Part shown: one piece after another, positions 23,340 through 33,941 of the stretch
How the letters are laid out: every line of letters begins with the position of its first letter
How positions within the stretch are numbered: the stretch's first letter is position 1
Assembly (NCBI GenBank): GCA_963749495.1
Contig: CAVVMW010000022.1
Span: forward strand, 192,001-256,000
Direction: 5' to 3'
Length of the DNA: 64,000 bases
Origin: an uncultured bacterium
GTDB lineage: Bacteria > Verrucomicrobiota > Verrucomicrobiia > Limisphaerales > UBA8199
Position numbers and translations under genes: made by a program
The notes under the pieces: generated by a model
What the model saw: only the letters and a program-made list of their open reading frames with translations
The model's database searches: none
Told to the model about the DNA's origin: nothing

Positions 23340-26300
23340 ATGCTCCATTCTCTCATCGCCTTCTGCCTGAGCCGCCGCGCGATTGTCCTGTTCGGGTTGC
23401 TGGCGTTCGCCGGCGCCGGGTTCGTCGCCTATGAGCAGCTCAACATCGAGGCCTATCCGAACCCAACGCCGGTCATCCTGGAAATCACCGCGCAGGCCCC
23501 GGGCCTCTCGGCCGAGGAAATGGAGCGCTACTACACCCGCCCCATCGAGATCGGACTCTACACGACGCCGGGCATTGACGTCATTCGCTCCACCTCGTTC
23601 TATGGCCTGGCCTTTGTCCGCGTCGTTTTCAAATATGGCGTGGACTTCCATTTTGCTTACGGGCAGGCGGCGATAGCGCTGCAGCAGAATGTCAGCCTTC
23701 CGGGCGGCCAGGTCCCCACCATCCAACAGAACAGCACGACCGGGGAGATCTATCGTTACCAGGTGGTCGGGCCGAAGCACTTCGGACTGATCAACCTGCG
23801 CACGGTCCAGGACTGGATCGCGCGGCGCCGGCTCTTGACCATTCCCGGCATCGTCGCGGTCAACAGTTGGGGCGGCCCGACCAAGGAATTCGAGGTCGAG
23901 GCCAATCCTCACAAACTCGAAATTTATAACATCAGTGTGCCGCAGGTGCTGACCGCCCTGGGCAACGCGAACGTCAACGTCGGCGGGCGTGAAATCCGCA
24001 TTGGCCAGCAATCGATCAACATCCGCGGCGTGGGGCTGATCGATGACGGCGGCAGCGACGATTTGGCCCAGGGCTGCAGGCTCGATGACATCGAGAACGT
24101 CGTCCTGGCCCAGTCCAACGGTGTCCCCATATTGGTCAAGGACATCGCCAAGGTGTCCGTGGGCTATGTGCCGAGGCTCGGGATTTTGGGCCGTGACATG
24201 GAGGACGACGTGGTGGGCTCCATCGTGGTGATGAGCCGGACGGAGCACGCCCACGACATGATCCCGAAGGTCAAAGCCGAAATCGACAACATGAACCGGG
24301 ACGGGAGTCTGCCGCCGGGGGTCAAGCTGGTTCCCTATTACGACCGCTCCTCGCTGGTCGCAGTCACAACCCATACCGTGTTGCACAATCTCATCTTCGG
24401 CTGCCTGCTGGTGTTCCTGGTCCAGTGGATTTTCCTGGGGAATCTTCGGAGCGCGATCATCGTCGGGGTGAATATCCCGTTTGCGCTGTTCTTTGCCATC
24501 ATGCTGCTGGTGGTGCAGGGTGAAAGCGCCAACCTGCTCTCGGTGGGGGCGGTGGATTTCGGGATTATCGTCGATTCGGCGGTGATCCTCGTGGAGAACA
24601 TCTTCCGGAATTTCCAGAGACACCCGGAGCAACGGCAGGCCCTGCTCCAGCGCCTGACGGAGGGGTTCTATGGCCCGGACCCGACGAAGGCGCCGCAAGG
24701 CCCAGCGTGGACCGACCGCCTGCGCCTGATTTTGATCAGCGCGATGCAGGTGGACAAGGCGGTGTTGTTCTCGGCCCTCATCACTGTGGCCGGGTTCGTG
24801 CCGCTTTTCACCATGCAGGGGGTCGAAGGCCAGATCTTCGGCCCCATGGCGCGCACCTACGGTTACGCGCTGGCGGGGGCCCTGGTGGCCACCTTCACCA
24901 TCACGCCCGTGCTGGCGTCGTTCTTTCTTCCCGAACACGTCAAAGAGGCCGAGACGATTGTCGTCCGCCTGTTGCACCGGGTTTACAACCCCGCTTTGCG
25001 TTTCGCCCTTGCCAACCGCACCGTTGCGGTGGCTGTCGGAATTGTGTTTGTCGCCGTGGCCGGGTTGCTCATACCGCACCTGGGCAGCGAGTTTCTCCCG
25101 CACCTGGAAGAGGGCAACTTCTGGATTCGCGCCTCGATGCCGATGACGCTCTCATTGCAGGATGGCGAGGCGGCGGCGAGGACCATGCGGTTGGTTTTGC
25201 TCAAACACCCGGAAGTCATCACCGTCGTCTCTCAGCATGGCCGCCCGGATGACGGCAGCGATGCCTCGCCCTTCTCGAACGTCGAGCTGTTCGCGCCGCT
25301 CAAGCCCCTGGACCAATGGCCCAAGGGCCTGACCAAGGAAAAACTGACCGAGCGGATTCAGGCCGAGTTCCAAACCAAGCTGCCGGGGGTCGTCTTCAAC
25401 TTCTCGCAATATATCCAGGACAACATCGAGGAGGCGACCTCCGGGGTTAAAGGCGCCAATTCAGTCAAGATCGTCGGCCCGAACCTCGAGACCCTGACGA
25501 AGCTGGCTGCGCAGGTCAGAGACCAGATGAGCCAGGTCCGCGGCGTGGCCGACCTGGGCATCTTCCCAGTCCTGGGGCAACCGAACCTGAACATCAAAGT
25601 GGATCGCGCCAAGGCCGCGCGTTACGGCCTCAACTCGGGTGATGTCAACTCCGTCATCCAGGCGGCGCTGGGCGGGGCGGTGGCCACGATCGTCCTGGAA
25701 AGCGATCGGGAGTTCAACCTGGCCGTCCGCTTCCCGCCCGAATACCGGGACAGTGTCGAGAAGATTCGCAACCTCAAGGTGGCCTGCCTGGCGAGCAGCG
25801 GCGCCAATGCCTACATCCCCCTGAGCGAGTTGGCGGCGATCTCGCTGGATACCGGGGCGGCCTGGGTTTACCACGAGAGCACCCAACGCTTCATCCCGAT
25901 CAAGTTCAGCGTGCGCGACCGCGACCTGGGGAGCACCGTGGCCGAGGCCCAGGAGCGCATCGCCAGGAATGTGAAGCTCCCGAGCGGCTACCGCATGGTC
26001 TGGGCCGGAGAGTTCGGAGAGCTGCAGCAAGCCAAAGAGCGCCTCGAACTCGTTGTGCCAATGAGCCTCGCGCTGATCGTTGGGCTGCTCTACTGCCTGT
26101 TCAACTCGCTGACCGAGTGCCTCCTGACCCTGTCCGGCATTCCCTTCGCGATGGCCGGCGGCGTCCTGGCGCTCTACATCTCGGGCCTCAGTTTCAGCAT
26201 CTCCGCCGCCATCGGTTTCGTGTCGCTCTTTGGCGTGTCGGTCATGAATGGCATCCTCCTCATCACCTATTACAACCAGGCCCGGCTTCACGGCGGAACG

Positions 26301-26558
26301 CCAACGGACGCCATGTTTCATGCCGCCTCCACCCGTATGCGGCCTCTGCTCATGACGAGCCTCTCGGCCTGCATCGGCCTGTTGCCGGCGGCCATCTCCA
26401 CCGGCATCGGCAGCCAGGTCCAGCGCCCCTTGGCCACCGTCATCGTCGGCGGCATGCTCCTGGGCCCCGTCATGCTGCTCCTGGTTGTGCCGGCACTCAA
26501 GATCATCGTTCTGGGCCGTGGCCACCACCAACCTCAGCCCCAAGCGCTCTCGACATGA
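23340..26558 (+). CDS. czcA: Heavy-metal efflux RND permease (CzcA/CusA family)
   Basis: 1072 aa; TM4 GAVDFGIIVDSAVILVEN; FGPMA; RMRPLLMT; QRPLATVIVGG. Confidence 0.9.
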   Translation: MLHSLIAFCLSRRAIVLFGLLAFAGAGFVAYEQLNIEAYPNPTPVILEITAQAPGLSAEEMERYYTRPIEIGLYTTPGIDVIRSTSFYGLAFVRVVFKYGVDFHFAYGQAAIALQQNVSLPGGQVPTIQQNSTTGEIYRYQVVGPKHFGLINLRTVQDWIARRRLLTIPGIVAVNSWGGPTKEFEVEANPHKLEIYNISVPQVLTALGNANVNVGGREIRIGQQSINIRGVGLIDDGGSDDLAQGCRLDDIENVVLAQSNGVPILVKDIAKVSVGYVPRLGILGRDMEDDVVGSIVVMSRTEHAHDMIPKVKAEIDNMNRDGSLPPGVKLVPYYDRSSLVAVTTHTVLHNLIFGCLLVFLVQWIFLGNLRSAIIVGVNIPFALFFAIMLLVVQGESANLLSVGAVDFGIIVDSAVILVENIFRNFQRHPEQRQALLQRLTEGFYGPDPTKAPQGPAWTDRLRLILISAMQVDKAVLFSALITVAGFVPLFTMQGVEGQIFGPMARTYGYALAGALVATFTITPVLASFFLPEHVKEAETIVVRLLHRVYNPALRFALANRTVAVAVGIVFVAVAGLLIPHLGSEFLPHLEEGNFWIRASMPMTLSLQDGEAAARTMRLVLLKHPEVITVVSQHGRPDDGSDASPFSNVELFAPLKPLDQWPKGLTKEKLTERIQAEFQTKLPGVVFNFSQYIQDNIEEATSGVKGANSVKIVGPNLETLTKLAAQVRDQMSQVRGVADLGIFPVLGQPNLNIKVDRAKAARYGLNSGDVNSVIQAALGGAVATIVLESDREFNLAVRFPPEYRDSVEKIRNLKVACLASSGANAYIPLSELAAISLDTGAAWVYHESTQRFIPIKFSVRDRDLGSTVAEAQERIARNVKLPSGYRMVWAGEFGELQQAKERLELVVPMSLALIVGLLYCLFNSLTECLLTLSGIPFAMAGGVLALYISGLSFSISAAIGFVSLFGVSVMNGILLITYYNQARLHGGTPTDAMFHAASTRMRPLLMTSLSACIGLLPAAISTGIGSQVQRPLATVIVGGMLLGPVMLLLVVPALKIIVLGRGHHQPQPQALST

Positions 26559-26587
26559 TTAAACCTGGGCTCAGAAGCAACCGGACA

Positions 26588-26653
26588 CGAGGCTCGAAGG
26601 TCGAGGTTCGAGGGGCGGAGGTCTCTTCCCTCGACCCTCGACCCTCGGCCCTC
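26588..26653. repeat. Heptamer palindromic repeat (GGTCGAG / CTCGACC)
   Basis: Degenerate tcgaggg units followed by cctcgac cctcgac cctcggc. Confidence 0.6.
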
Positions 26654-26719
26654 AAGGTGTCTGGGAACTTACGAACCGACGCCCAAACACCGCCAGGCTC
26701 TCTCCGAAACGCCGGACCC

Positions 26720-27292
26720 ATGAAAGTTCGTCTTCTCATCACAATGGTCGGCCTTGGCGCATTGGCGCTGGGGCCGGGTTTTGCCGGTGAACCTTCGCAT
26801 CAAACGCCCGAACTACCGCCCATCGGGAATCGTGCGAAGGCAGCCGGCGATCGCGCTCCCGGCGAGGGGCACAGTATATTGCCTCGCGCCGGGAGAGAGC
26901 GATCAGGCGGGAAGCCTGTGGATGGAAATCCCGGCAGGGCGGCTGAAAAGGGGAGCCAGGCTCGCCTCAAACAGGTGCAGCGCGTCCCGGGGACTCCAAG
27001 CGCAAAACCGGCCGGAGATAACCGGGCCGCGAGCACAGCAGGACCTAACCTTCATCAACCCGGGGCGGCCAAGTCTGCGGGCGCGCCGGGGGAGGCAGGA
27101 GCGGTGAAGATGCCCCAGCGGCAAGTCCGCCAACCAATGCTGCAGCCCTTCCTCAGACCGTCTGCCGTGCTGCCGGTCAGCCCGACCCGGAGCCGAGGTC
27201 CTGCCCCGGCTCTCCTGGGCGGACCGGCAATCTCTTCGAGTGCGAAGAACACCGCGGCGATCAACGGAACCGGGATGAAGCACAAGCCATGA
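26720..27292 (+). CDS. Hypothetical secreted low-complexity protein inside the RND operon
   Basis: Signal peptide MKVRLLITMVGLGALALGPGFA; stop overlaps the OMF start (ATGA). Confidence 0.55.
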   Translation: MKVRLLITMVGLGALALGPGFAGEPSHQTPELPPIGNRAKAAGDRAPGEGHSILPRAGRERSGGKPVDGNPGRAAEKGSQARLKQVQRVPGTPSAKPAGDNRAASTAGPNLHQPGAAKSAGAPGEAGAVKMPQRQVRQPMLQPFLRPSAVLPVSPTRSRGPAPALLGGPAISSSAKNTAAINGTGMKHKP

Positions 27293-28898
27293 AGACAAAA
27301 TGGGGCGCTACGCTGGCTGGAGCTTGTCCAAAGAGCTCTGGTTCCGGGCCTTTGTCGCAGCCTTTGTCGATGCCTTTGTCGGAGCGCCCATTTGTCGACA
27401 AAGGTTCCGACAAAGGCTGCGACAAAGGTCCCGCACTCTTGGGGTTTTTGGGAGAGGCTCTAACTTTGATGCTTCTGGCCGGCTGTGCGGTTGGTCCGAA
27501 CTTCAAGAAGCCCCCGGCTCCGGAAGCCAGAGACTACACCGCCAGTCCGCTCTCGCTTATGAGCAGCCCGACCAATGTCTTGGGCGGAGGAGTGCAACGC
27601 TTCAACCAAGCCCTCGACATTTCGGCTGAGTGGTGGACGCTGTTCCACTCGAAACCGCTCAACGCCTTGATCGAGCGCTCGCTCACCAACAACCCGAGCC
27701 TCAAGGCGGCGCAAGCGGCCCTGGCGGTGGCGCGGGAGAATGTGCTGGCCCAAAAAGGCGCGTATTTTCCCAGCATAGCGGGAAGCTTCGCTGCCGCCCG
27801 AGCGAAGACTTCGCAAGAAATCTCGCCTACACCCAACTCCGGGGCTTGTATTTCGACCTTTATACGCCGCAGGTCAGTGTGTCGTATGTGCCGGACGTGT
27901 TTGGCCTGAACCGGCGGACCGTCGAGTCGCTCAAGGCACAGGCTGAGCAGGCGCGCTTTGCCCTGGCGGCGACCCATATCACGCTGAGCGCCAATGTGGC
28001 CGCCGCGGCCATCCAGGAGGCCTCCTTGCGGGCGCAGATTGCCGCTGCCCACGAACTCATCGCCATCAACACCAACATGCTCCAAATCCTGCGCAACCAG
28101 TTGGCGAAGGGTCGTGTGAGCGGGCTCGATGTGGCCGCGCAGGAGTCGCAACTGGCCCAAGTGGCCGCCACCCTGCCGCCGCTGCTCAAGGCCCTGGTTC
28201 AGCAGCGCGATCTTCTGGCGGCGCTCGCCGGCGGATTCCCCAGCCAGGGTCCGGCCGAACAGTTCGAGCTGTCGAGCCTGCAACTGCCGCAGGAACTGCC
28301 CTTGAGCCTGCCCTCTCAGCTCGTGGCCCAGCGCCCGGACGTGCGCCAGGCCGAGGAGACCCTGCGCGCCGCCAGCGCCCAGATCGGCATCGCTGTCGCC
28401 AACCGGCTGCCGAACATCACACTGAGCGCCGATGCCGGGAGCATGGCGCTGGCCGCCGGCCAGATCTTCGCGGGAGGCACCGGTTTTTGGACTTTGGCCG
28501 GAGGCGTGACGCAGCCGATTTTCCAGGGCGGGGCTTTGCTGCACAGGGAGCGCGCTGCCCGGGCGGCGTATGTCCAGGCTGCCGAACAATACCGCAGCAC
28601 GGTGCTGGCGGCCTTTCAGAACGTGGCCGATGCCTTGAATGCGCTCGAACAGGACGCCAATGGTCTGAGGGCCGCCGCTGCCGCCAAAGAGGCCGCCGGC
28701 GTCACCCTGGACCTCGCCAGGAAGCAGTTTCAGACCGGCTATGCCGGCTACGTGGCGCTGTTAAGCGCGGAGCAGGCCTATCAACAGGCGGTGGTGACCT
28801 TGGTTCAAGCCCAGGCCAATCGCTATGCCGATACGGCGGCGCTCTTTCAAGCCCTGGGTGGCGGTTGGTGGCACCGCGCGGAACTCACCAGGAACTGA
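27289..28898 (+). CDS. Outer-membrane efflux lipoprotein (NodT/OprM family); frameshift near 27850; palindromic insertion in the signal peptide
   Basis: LLAGC-AVGPNF lipobox, WWTLF, QRPDVRQAE, LFQALGGGWW. Confidence 0.9.
27319..27461. mobile_element. Palindromic MITE-like insertion (CCTTTGTCG / CGACAAAGG units), in frame within the OMF gene
   Basis: Three CCTTTGTCG units mirrored by three CGACAAAGG units; outer ends GAGCTTGTCCAAA / TTTGGGAGAGGCTC. Confidence 0.7.
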
Positions 28899-28943
28899 CT
28901 AGAGTCCTTGAATGTCAAAACGTGATGCAGACAGATCAAGGTT

Positions 28944-28993
28944 GTGGCACGGGCATCCTGCCCGTGGGGGCTTGGGCAGGATGCCCAAGCCAC
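28944..28993. repeat. REP-like palindrome after the RND operon
   Basis: GTGGCACGGGCATCCTGCCCGTG ... CTTGGGCAGGATGCCCAAGCCAC. Confidence 0.65.
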
Positions 28994-29042
28994 GGTCTGA
29001 GGCCCTGCCTCATTGGCAGGCAAATGCGTTGGGAGCCCAACC

Positions 29043-29717
29043 ATGACACCGGATGCGGACAAGAAAAAACGAACGGTCTTCGTCGTGGACGATCACCCGC
29101 TGGTCCGCGAGTGGCTGGCCAACCTGATCAATCAGCAATCCGACCTCGCTGTGTGCGGAGAGGCCGCAACGGCGGCGGAGGCGATGCAGGGAGTCGAAAC
29201 CTTGAAGCCCGAGGTGGCAATCGTGGATATTGCGCTGGGAGACTCGTCCGGCATTGAGCTTATCAAGGACCTGAAGAAGGTCTGTCCCAATCTCGCAGTG
29301 CTGGTGCTCTCGATGCACGAGGAATCCCTATACGCCGAGCGGGCTCTCCGGGCGGGGGCCAAGAGTTACATCATGAAACGGGAGGCAACCCGGAAGATCA
29401 TCGAGGCGCTGCGGAAGGTCCTGGAGGGCAAGTTCTGCCTGAGCGACCCCATGACACAGGCCATCACGAGGCAATTCGTCGAGGGCAAGACGCTGCCTGC
29501 CCACTCGCCCATCGAGCTGCTCAGCGACCGTGAGCTGGCGGTCTTCGACTTGCTCGGCCAGGGCGTCGGGACCCGCCGTATCGCGGACATTCTTCACCTG
29601 AGCACCAAAACCATCCAGGCCTATTGCGCGCGCATCAAAGTAAAGCTCAACCTCGGCAGCGCCACCGAGTTGGTGCGCGAGGCCGTCCGCCACCGAGAGA
29701 CCAAGGGCACGGGGTGA
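29043..29717 (+). CDS. NarL/LuxR-family response regulator
   Basis: VVDDHPLVR, VDIAL, LVLSMHEESLYAERALRAGA, LSDRELAVF HTH. Confidence 0.93.
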   Translation: MTPDADKKKRTVFVVDDHPLVREWLANLINQQSDLAVCGEAATAAEAMQGVETLKPEVAIVDIALGDSSGIELIKDLKKVCPNLAVLVLSMHEESLYAERALRAGAKSYIMKREATRKIIEALRKVLEGKFCLSDPMTQAITRQFVEGKTLPAHSPIELLSDRELAVFDLLGQGVGTRRIADILHLSTKTIQAYCARIKVKLNLGSATELVREAVRHRETKGTG

Positions 29718-29725
29718 GGGGGCAG

Positions 29726-29938
29726 GGCCTCCGTGAAGCCGGGAGCGGCACCCCGGGCGGACCCCTCACCCCGGCCCTCTCCCCTTCCGAAGGGGAGAGG
29801 GAGAAGCGTCGGCAGCCTCTGGGATTTCCTGGGGTCTCCGTTTCCTCAAGACGCTACGGAGAATTCTCCCTCTCCCCATCCGATGGGGAGAGGGCGGGGG
29901 TGAGGGGTCCGCCGGGGTCTGTCTCCGCCTTCACTCAA
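29726..29938. repeat. REP doublet (CCCTCACCCC family) inside GGCCTC..TGAAG / CTTCA ends
   Basis: Inverted pair 29762-29908; same outer ends at 43391-43604 and 56988. Confidence 0.8.
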
Positions 29939-30137
29939 GGCTGTTGACGAAGTAGTTTCTTGATGGCCAAAGCGGCGGAATGCGCCGCACCAGACGCTTC
30001 GCGAACAAAGGACGCGCGTCCGAGATGGCGAAGCCCTTGAGAGTGCGCGGCATTCCCGCGCTTTGGCTTCGAGGCGGCCAGACATGCCGAACACCAAGGC
30101 GGCCTGCCTGCCCGTTCGACAAACTTTGTCAACGGCC
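29939..30137. mobile_element. MITE, 199 bp
   Basis: Ends GGCTGTTGACGAAGT / ACTTTGTCAACGGCC; internal palindrome CCAAAGCGGCGGAATGC...GCATTCCCGCGCTTTGG. Confidence 0.7.
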
Positions 30138-30531
30138 CTCCGCCTCCAGTTCCGCATCGGCTACCCCTCCTGCACGGTCAGCCGGAAAATCCCGTCACTG
30201 GCGAAGAGGAGCGCTTTGGGCCGCAAGCTCGAGAGGCCCGGCGCGTCCGTTGCTGGGCAGGGCTTGTTCCAAATGAAAATGGGCCACCTCTTTGGCCGTG
30301 TTCAGGCCCGGTTCACCGGTCCTCCGCCGTTTATCGGGAAAGTCCAACCAGGTTTTCGATGTGGTCAGCGGCGCATTAGAGGCCGCTTGGGCCATTGAAG
30401 CGCCTGGCCAGGCCTCCGGCGGAGGCAGTGCTTTCGGCAGTCGTCAGATCGGCCAGTGCGGAAGCCATTCTGTGGGCCTTGCGCTGGTTCGGTCTCAGCG
30501 GCAGAGACAAGTGACGGCCTTCTCGATCACC

Positions 30532-30740
30532 TCAGCGCATAAAAAACTTGCGTACAATCTCGCGCGGCGTCGCGATGCCCGGCGCTGTGACATCAAACGC
30601 CTGCAGCTCGAAGGTCAGCCGCTCGAAATCAATCCCGCGTAAATGCTCGTCGCTGGTCAAGAGCATCGAACAACCGAGCAAGGCGGATTCCGCCAGCGCT
30701 AGCGAATCGTTGACCTCTTGTAAAGCTTCAGGAATTCCTC
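30532..30740 (-). pseudogene. C-terminal fragment of a PIN-domain (VapC-like) toxin
   Basis: EVNDSLALAESALLGCSMLLTSDEHL carries the last PIN acidic residues; the N-terminal half is absent. Confidence 0.6.
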
Positions 30741-30851
30741 TCCGAGTCTTTCGCGCTCCGCGTCCGTCAACCTGTTGCACTCGGCTCGCATCTTCGCGCC
30801 GGCGGTGGTACCGACGGAGGCTTTCTCGTCTTGCGCTTTTTTTCGCTTCAC
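30699..30851 (-). CDS. 50-aa putative antitoxin
   Basis: Hand translation (V/M)KRKKAQDEKASVGTTAGAKMRAECNRLTDAERERLGEEFLKLYKRSTIR; TTGACA-N16-TAGAGT promoter 6 nt before the GTG. Confidence 0.55.
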   Translation of the reverse strand: MKRKKAQDEKASVGTTAGAKMRAECNRLTDAERERLGEEFLKLYKRSTIR

Positions 30852-30972
30852 AGGCCTACTCTAGCATGTGGAGGGGCCGTGTCAAAATCGGAGTTGGAGC
30901 CAATGCCCGGGCTCGGTTCTCTGCCTTCTCTTCGGGCTTTCTCAAGCCGATTCACCGGTCCTCCGCCGGTTG

Positions 30973-31353
30973 TCAGCAAAGCCCGAGGCTGAGGCGAACC
31001 TCGCCGCGCACCGCCCGGGCGTCCTTCACCGCGCGCCTTGCCTCAGCCTTGCTGGCGGTGACGCCAGGATACCGCAAGCGCACCGCATAATCCGAAAGTC
31101 GAGCGAGGGTCTTTTTCCAAGGCGCCCAGAGCGGCTCCAAAGGCAACACCTCCTTGAGCAGAGCCTCGCAATCATGGGTTCGGGGCACATGCCGGCCCGC
31201 CTCTTCAAGACGGGCCTTCAGATACTTCTCCGCGCACTGCTGGCAGTGGAAGCAAACGGAGTCAGCCAGCACTTTGTTGCAACGCATCAGCGCCAGCGCC
31301 GTTTCGAAGTCGTTCTCCGCCTTTTTGACCCACTCACGCGTTGCTGGCTTCAT
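30973..31353 (-). CDS. HEPN domain protein (MNT-HEPN toxin-antitoxin)
   Basis: EWVKKAEND, VCFHCQQCAEKYLKA, PRTHD, RYPG. Confidence 0.92.
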   Translation of the reverse strand: MKPATREWVKKAENDFETALALMRCNKVLADSVCFHCQQCAEKYLKARLEEAGRHVPRTHDCEALLKEVLPLEPLWAPWKKTLARLSDYAVRLRYPGVTASKAEARRAVKDARAVRGEVRLSLGLC

Positions 31354-31645
31354 ACATGACCTTCCCCCCCTCAAAAACGTCGCGGGTGAAGCTGTCGTTC
31401 CAGGACAGGCGCTTCCGAGCATACGCCGGTGTCCAGACCAGGAGGTCCAACGCAAAGGGCGCCGCGCAGCGCTGTCGGATGGCTACCGACTGGCGCACCG
31501 GCCCGCTCCGGTGCGGCATAACGACGAGGAGATCCACGTCCGAGTCGGCCGTTGGCCGGCCATAGGCATAGGACCCAAACAGAATGATCTTCCCGGGACG
31601 GAAGGCGCGGACCAGCAGACGGCAATAGGCGGCGATTTGACCCAT
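31334..31645 (-). CDS. Minimal nucleotidyltransferase (MNT); start uncertain (ORF open to 31765)
   Basis: KIILFGSYAYG...DSDVDLLVV; overlaps the HEPN start. Confidence 0.9.
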   Translation of the reverse strand: MGQIAAYCRLLVRAFRPGKIILFGSYAYGRPTADSDVDLLVVMPHRSGPVRQSVAIRQRCAAPFALDLLVWTPAYARKRLSWNDSFTRDVFEGGKVMYEASNA

Positions 31646-31875
31646 TCTTGGGCACGGCCCTGCGTTCGCGTGTCGCCGGGTGGCCCGTGGGGCTGAAGGC
31701 TGGGCGACGCTCCGAGCCGAGGCTTGAGCGAGACGCCGAACCGGGCTTCCTCGCAAGTTCTTCATTCCGCTGCACCCTACAAAAGGCTGGCGGCAGGGTC
31801 AATGCAGTCCTGTGGGTTCGTTGGCGCTCGCCTCCCGGCTGGGCTTTTGGCATCTTCTCGCCTCGGGTTCGCCTT

Positions 31876-32562
31876 ATGCGCGTATTGATCATCGAAGACG
31901 ACGAGAAGACCGCCCGCGCGGTGGCATCCGGGCTGGAAACAGCCGGCTTTTCCGCCGCCACGGCCCACACTGGCGAGGAGGGGTTCTTTGTTCTCAATGC
32001 GGAGTCGTTCGACCTGGTGGTGCTGGACTGGATGTTGCCGGGACGCGACGGCATCGAGATCCTGAAGGCGCTTCGTTCACGCGGCTCCAAGACCCCCGTG
32101 CTGCTGCTGACGGCCCGCGATGCGGTCGAGGACCGCGTGCTGGGACTGGAGAGCGGGGCGGATGATTACCTGGTCAAGCCCTTTGCCTTTGCCGAGCTGC
32201 TGGCGCGCATTCGTTCGCTGCTCCGCAGGGCCTCGCCTGCCGAACCGCTGAAGAAGACGGCAGCCGATCTGACGGTGGATCTGGAGGCGCGGCGGGCGGC
32301 GCGCGCCGGAAAGCCGGTCGAGTTGACGCCCCGCGAGTTCGACCTGCTGGCCTATCTGCTGCGACAGCCGGGCCAGGTGGTCACGCGCGAGATGCTGGCC
32401 CGGGATGTGTGGGGAGAAACCAATCGCATCACGCCGCTGGATAACGTCATCAATGTCCACATCGCCCACTTGCGGCGCAAGGTGGATGAGGGGCACGCCT
32501 CCAAGTTGATTCACACCGTGCGAGGCGTGGGTTTTGTGCTGCGGGAGGAGGGGCGGGGATGA
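31876..32562 (+). CDS. OmpR-family response regulator (CusR/CzcR-like)
   Basis: MRVLIIEDD, LDWMLPGRDG, GADDYLVKPF, IHTVRGVGF. Confidence 0.95.
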   Translation: MRVLIIEDDEKTARAVASGLETAGFSAATAHTGEEGFFVLNAESFDLVVLDWMLPGRDGIEILKALRSRGSKTPVLLLTARDAVEDRVLGLESGADDYLVKPFAFAELLARIRSLLRRASPAEPLKKTAADLTVDLEARRAARAGKPVELTPREFDLLAYLLRQPGQVVTREMLARDVWGETNRITPLDNVINVHIAHLRRKVDEGHASKLIHTVRGVGFVLREEGRG

Positions 32563-33609
32563 GGCAATGGTGGCAACGGCGTTCGATGCGCGTGCGGTTG
32601 GCCGCCTGGTACGCGGTTGCCGGCGTGGCTATCTGCGCACTCGATTTCGCCGTGGCGCTGGCGGCGGGCGCCTGGAGGCCCCCGAGCCGTTCGCATCTGT
32701 GGCTGGCCGTGGCGCTCGGCGGCCCGGCAACCATGCTGCTGTTTGCCATGGCGGGCTATTTCATCGCCGGACACGCCCTGGCGCCGGTCAAGGAGATGGT
32801 GGAGCGGACCCGGCGTCTTTCGGCCAAGTCTCTCAATGAGCGGCTGCCGGTAATCAACCCCTACGACGAGCTGGGCCAGTTGGCCACCGTGTTCAACGAG
32901 ACCCTCCGGCAGGCTCGAAAGCTCGTTTGCCGAACTCAGGCGTTTCACCGCCGACGTCTCGCACGAGTTGCGCACGCCTCTCACGGCCATCCGCGCCGTG
33001 GGGGAGGTCGCTGTCCGTGACCGCAATCCGGCGATCCTTTACGACGCCCTGGGCAGCATCCTCGAGGAGGTCGGGCGGATGAACCAGCTCATCGACCGCC
33101 TGCTGCTGCTCGCCCGGGCGGATGATGACAACCTGCCGGTGCGCCTGGAGGCAGGGTTGGTGCGCAGCACGCTGGTCGAAGTCAGCGATGCCCTGGCGCT
33201 GGTGGCCCAAGAAAAGCAGCAACGGCTGGAGTTGGATTGCCCGGAGCATCTGCTGGCTGTTTTCGACCCGGCGTTGCTGCGGCTGGCCTTGCTGAACCTG
33301 ATCCAGAACGCCATCCGCTACAGTCCGCCCGCCAAGCCGATCCGGCTGCGGGCTTTTCAGCAAGACACCGCAGTCGTCATCGAAGTGGCCGACCAGGGTC
33401 CAGGCATCGCGCCGGAGCACCAGCAAAAGGTTTTCGAGCGATTTTACCGGGTGGACAAGGCCCGCTCGCGCGCCGAGGGCGGCGCGGGTCTGGGGCTGGC
33501 GATTGTGAAGTGGTCGGTGGAGCGCATGGGCGGCGCCGTCGAACTCAAGAGCGAAGTCGGGCGGGGCAGCACCTTTCGGTTGCGGCTCCGCCAGGTGGGC
33601 GCCGGCTGA
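32559..33609 (+). CDS. HAMP sensor histidine kinase with very short periplasmic loop; frameshift near 32910
   Basis: Two TMs + HAMP (DELGQLATVFN) in ORF 32559. SHELRTPLT and FERFYRVD..GAGLGL lie in the shifted frame. Confidence 0.88.
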
Positions 33610-33695
33610 GCGGGAGGCGGGGTCCCGGCTCGGGCGCCTTCATTTTTCCCCGGGGGCGTGCGATTAAGAGAGTCGCGCATACGTCCAGCGAGTTT

Positions 33696-33885
33696 TGTCC
33701 CGGAGGGACATCTGACAATAGCCCGGCGTTTCAACGCCGGGGAGGCAACAAAAGGCATCCTCGTCCCGAAGGGACGACTGAGAACACGCGTTGCTTTCAG
33801 CCGTCCCTTCGGGACGGACCTGCTCGTTGGGTGCGCTCACCCGGCGTTGAAACGCCGGGCTATTGTCGGAAGCCCCTTCGGGGCA
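33696..33885. repeat. REP doublet (GTCCCGGAGGGAC family)
   Basis: Same palindromic unit as 1986-2175 and 60326-60515. Confidence 0.8.
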
Positions 33886-33941
33886 AGAAGGCGCCGTGGG
33901 CTGACTGACAGTTTTAGTCGCACCCTTTCCCTGGTGGCCGC

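Noticed and set aside
30195..30395. 66-aa ORF downstream of the PIN fragment
   Set aside because: No motif, RBS or other support.
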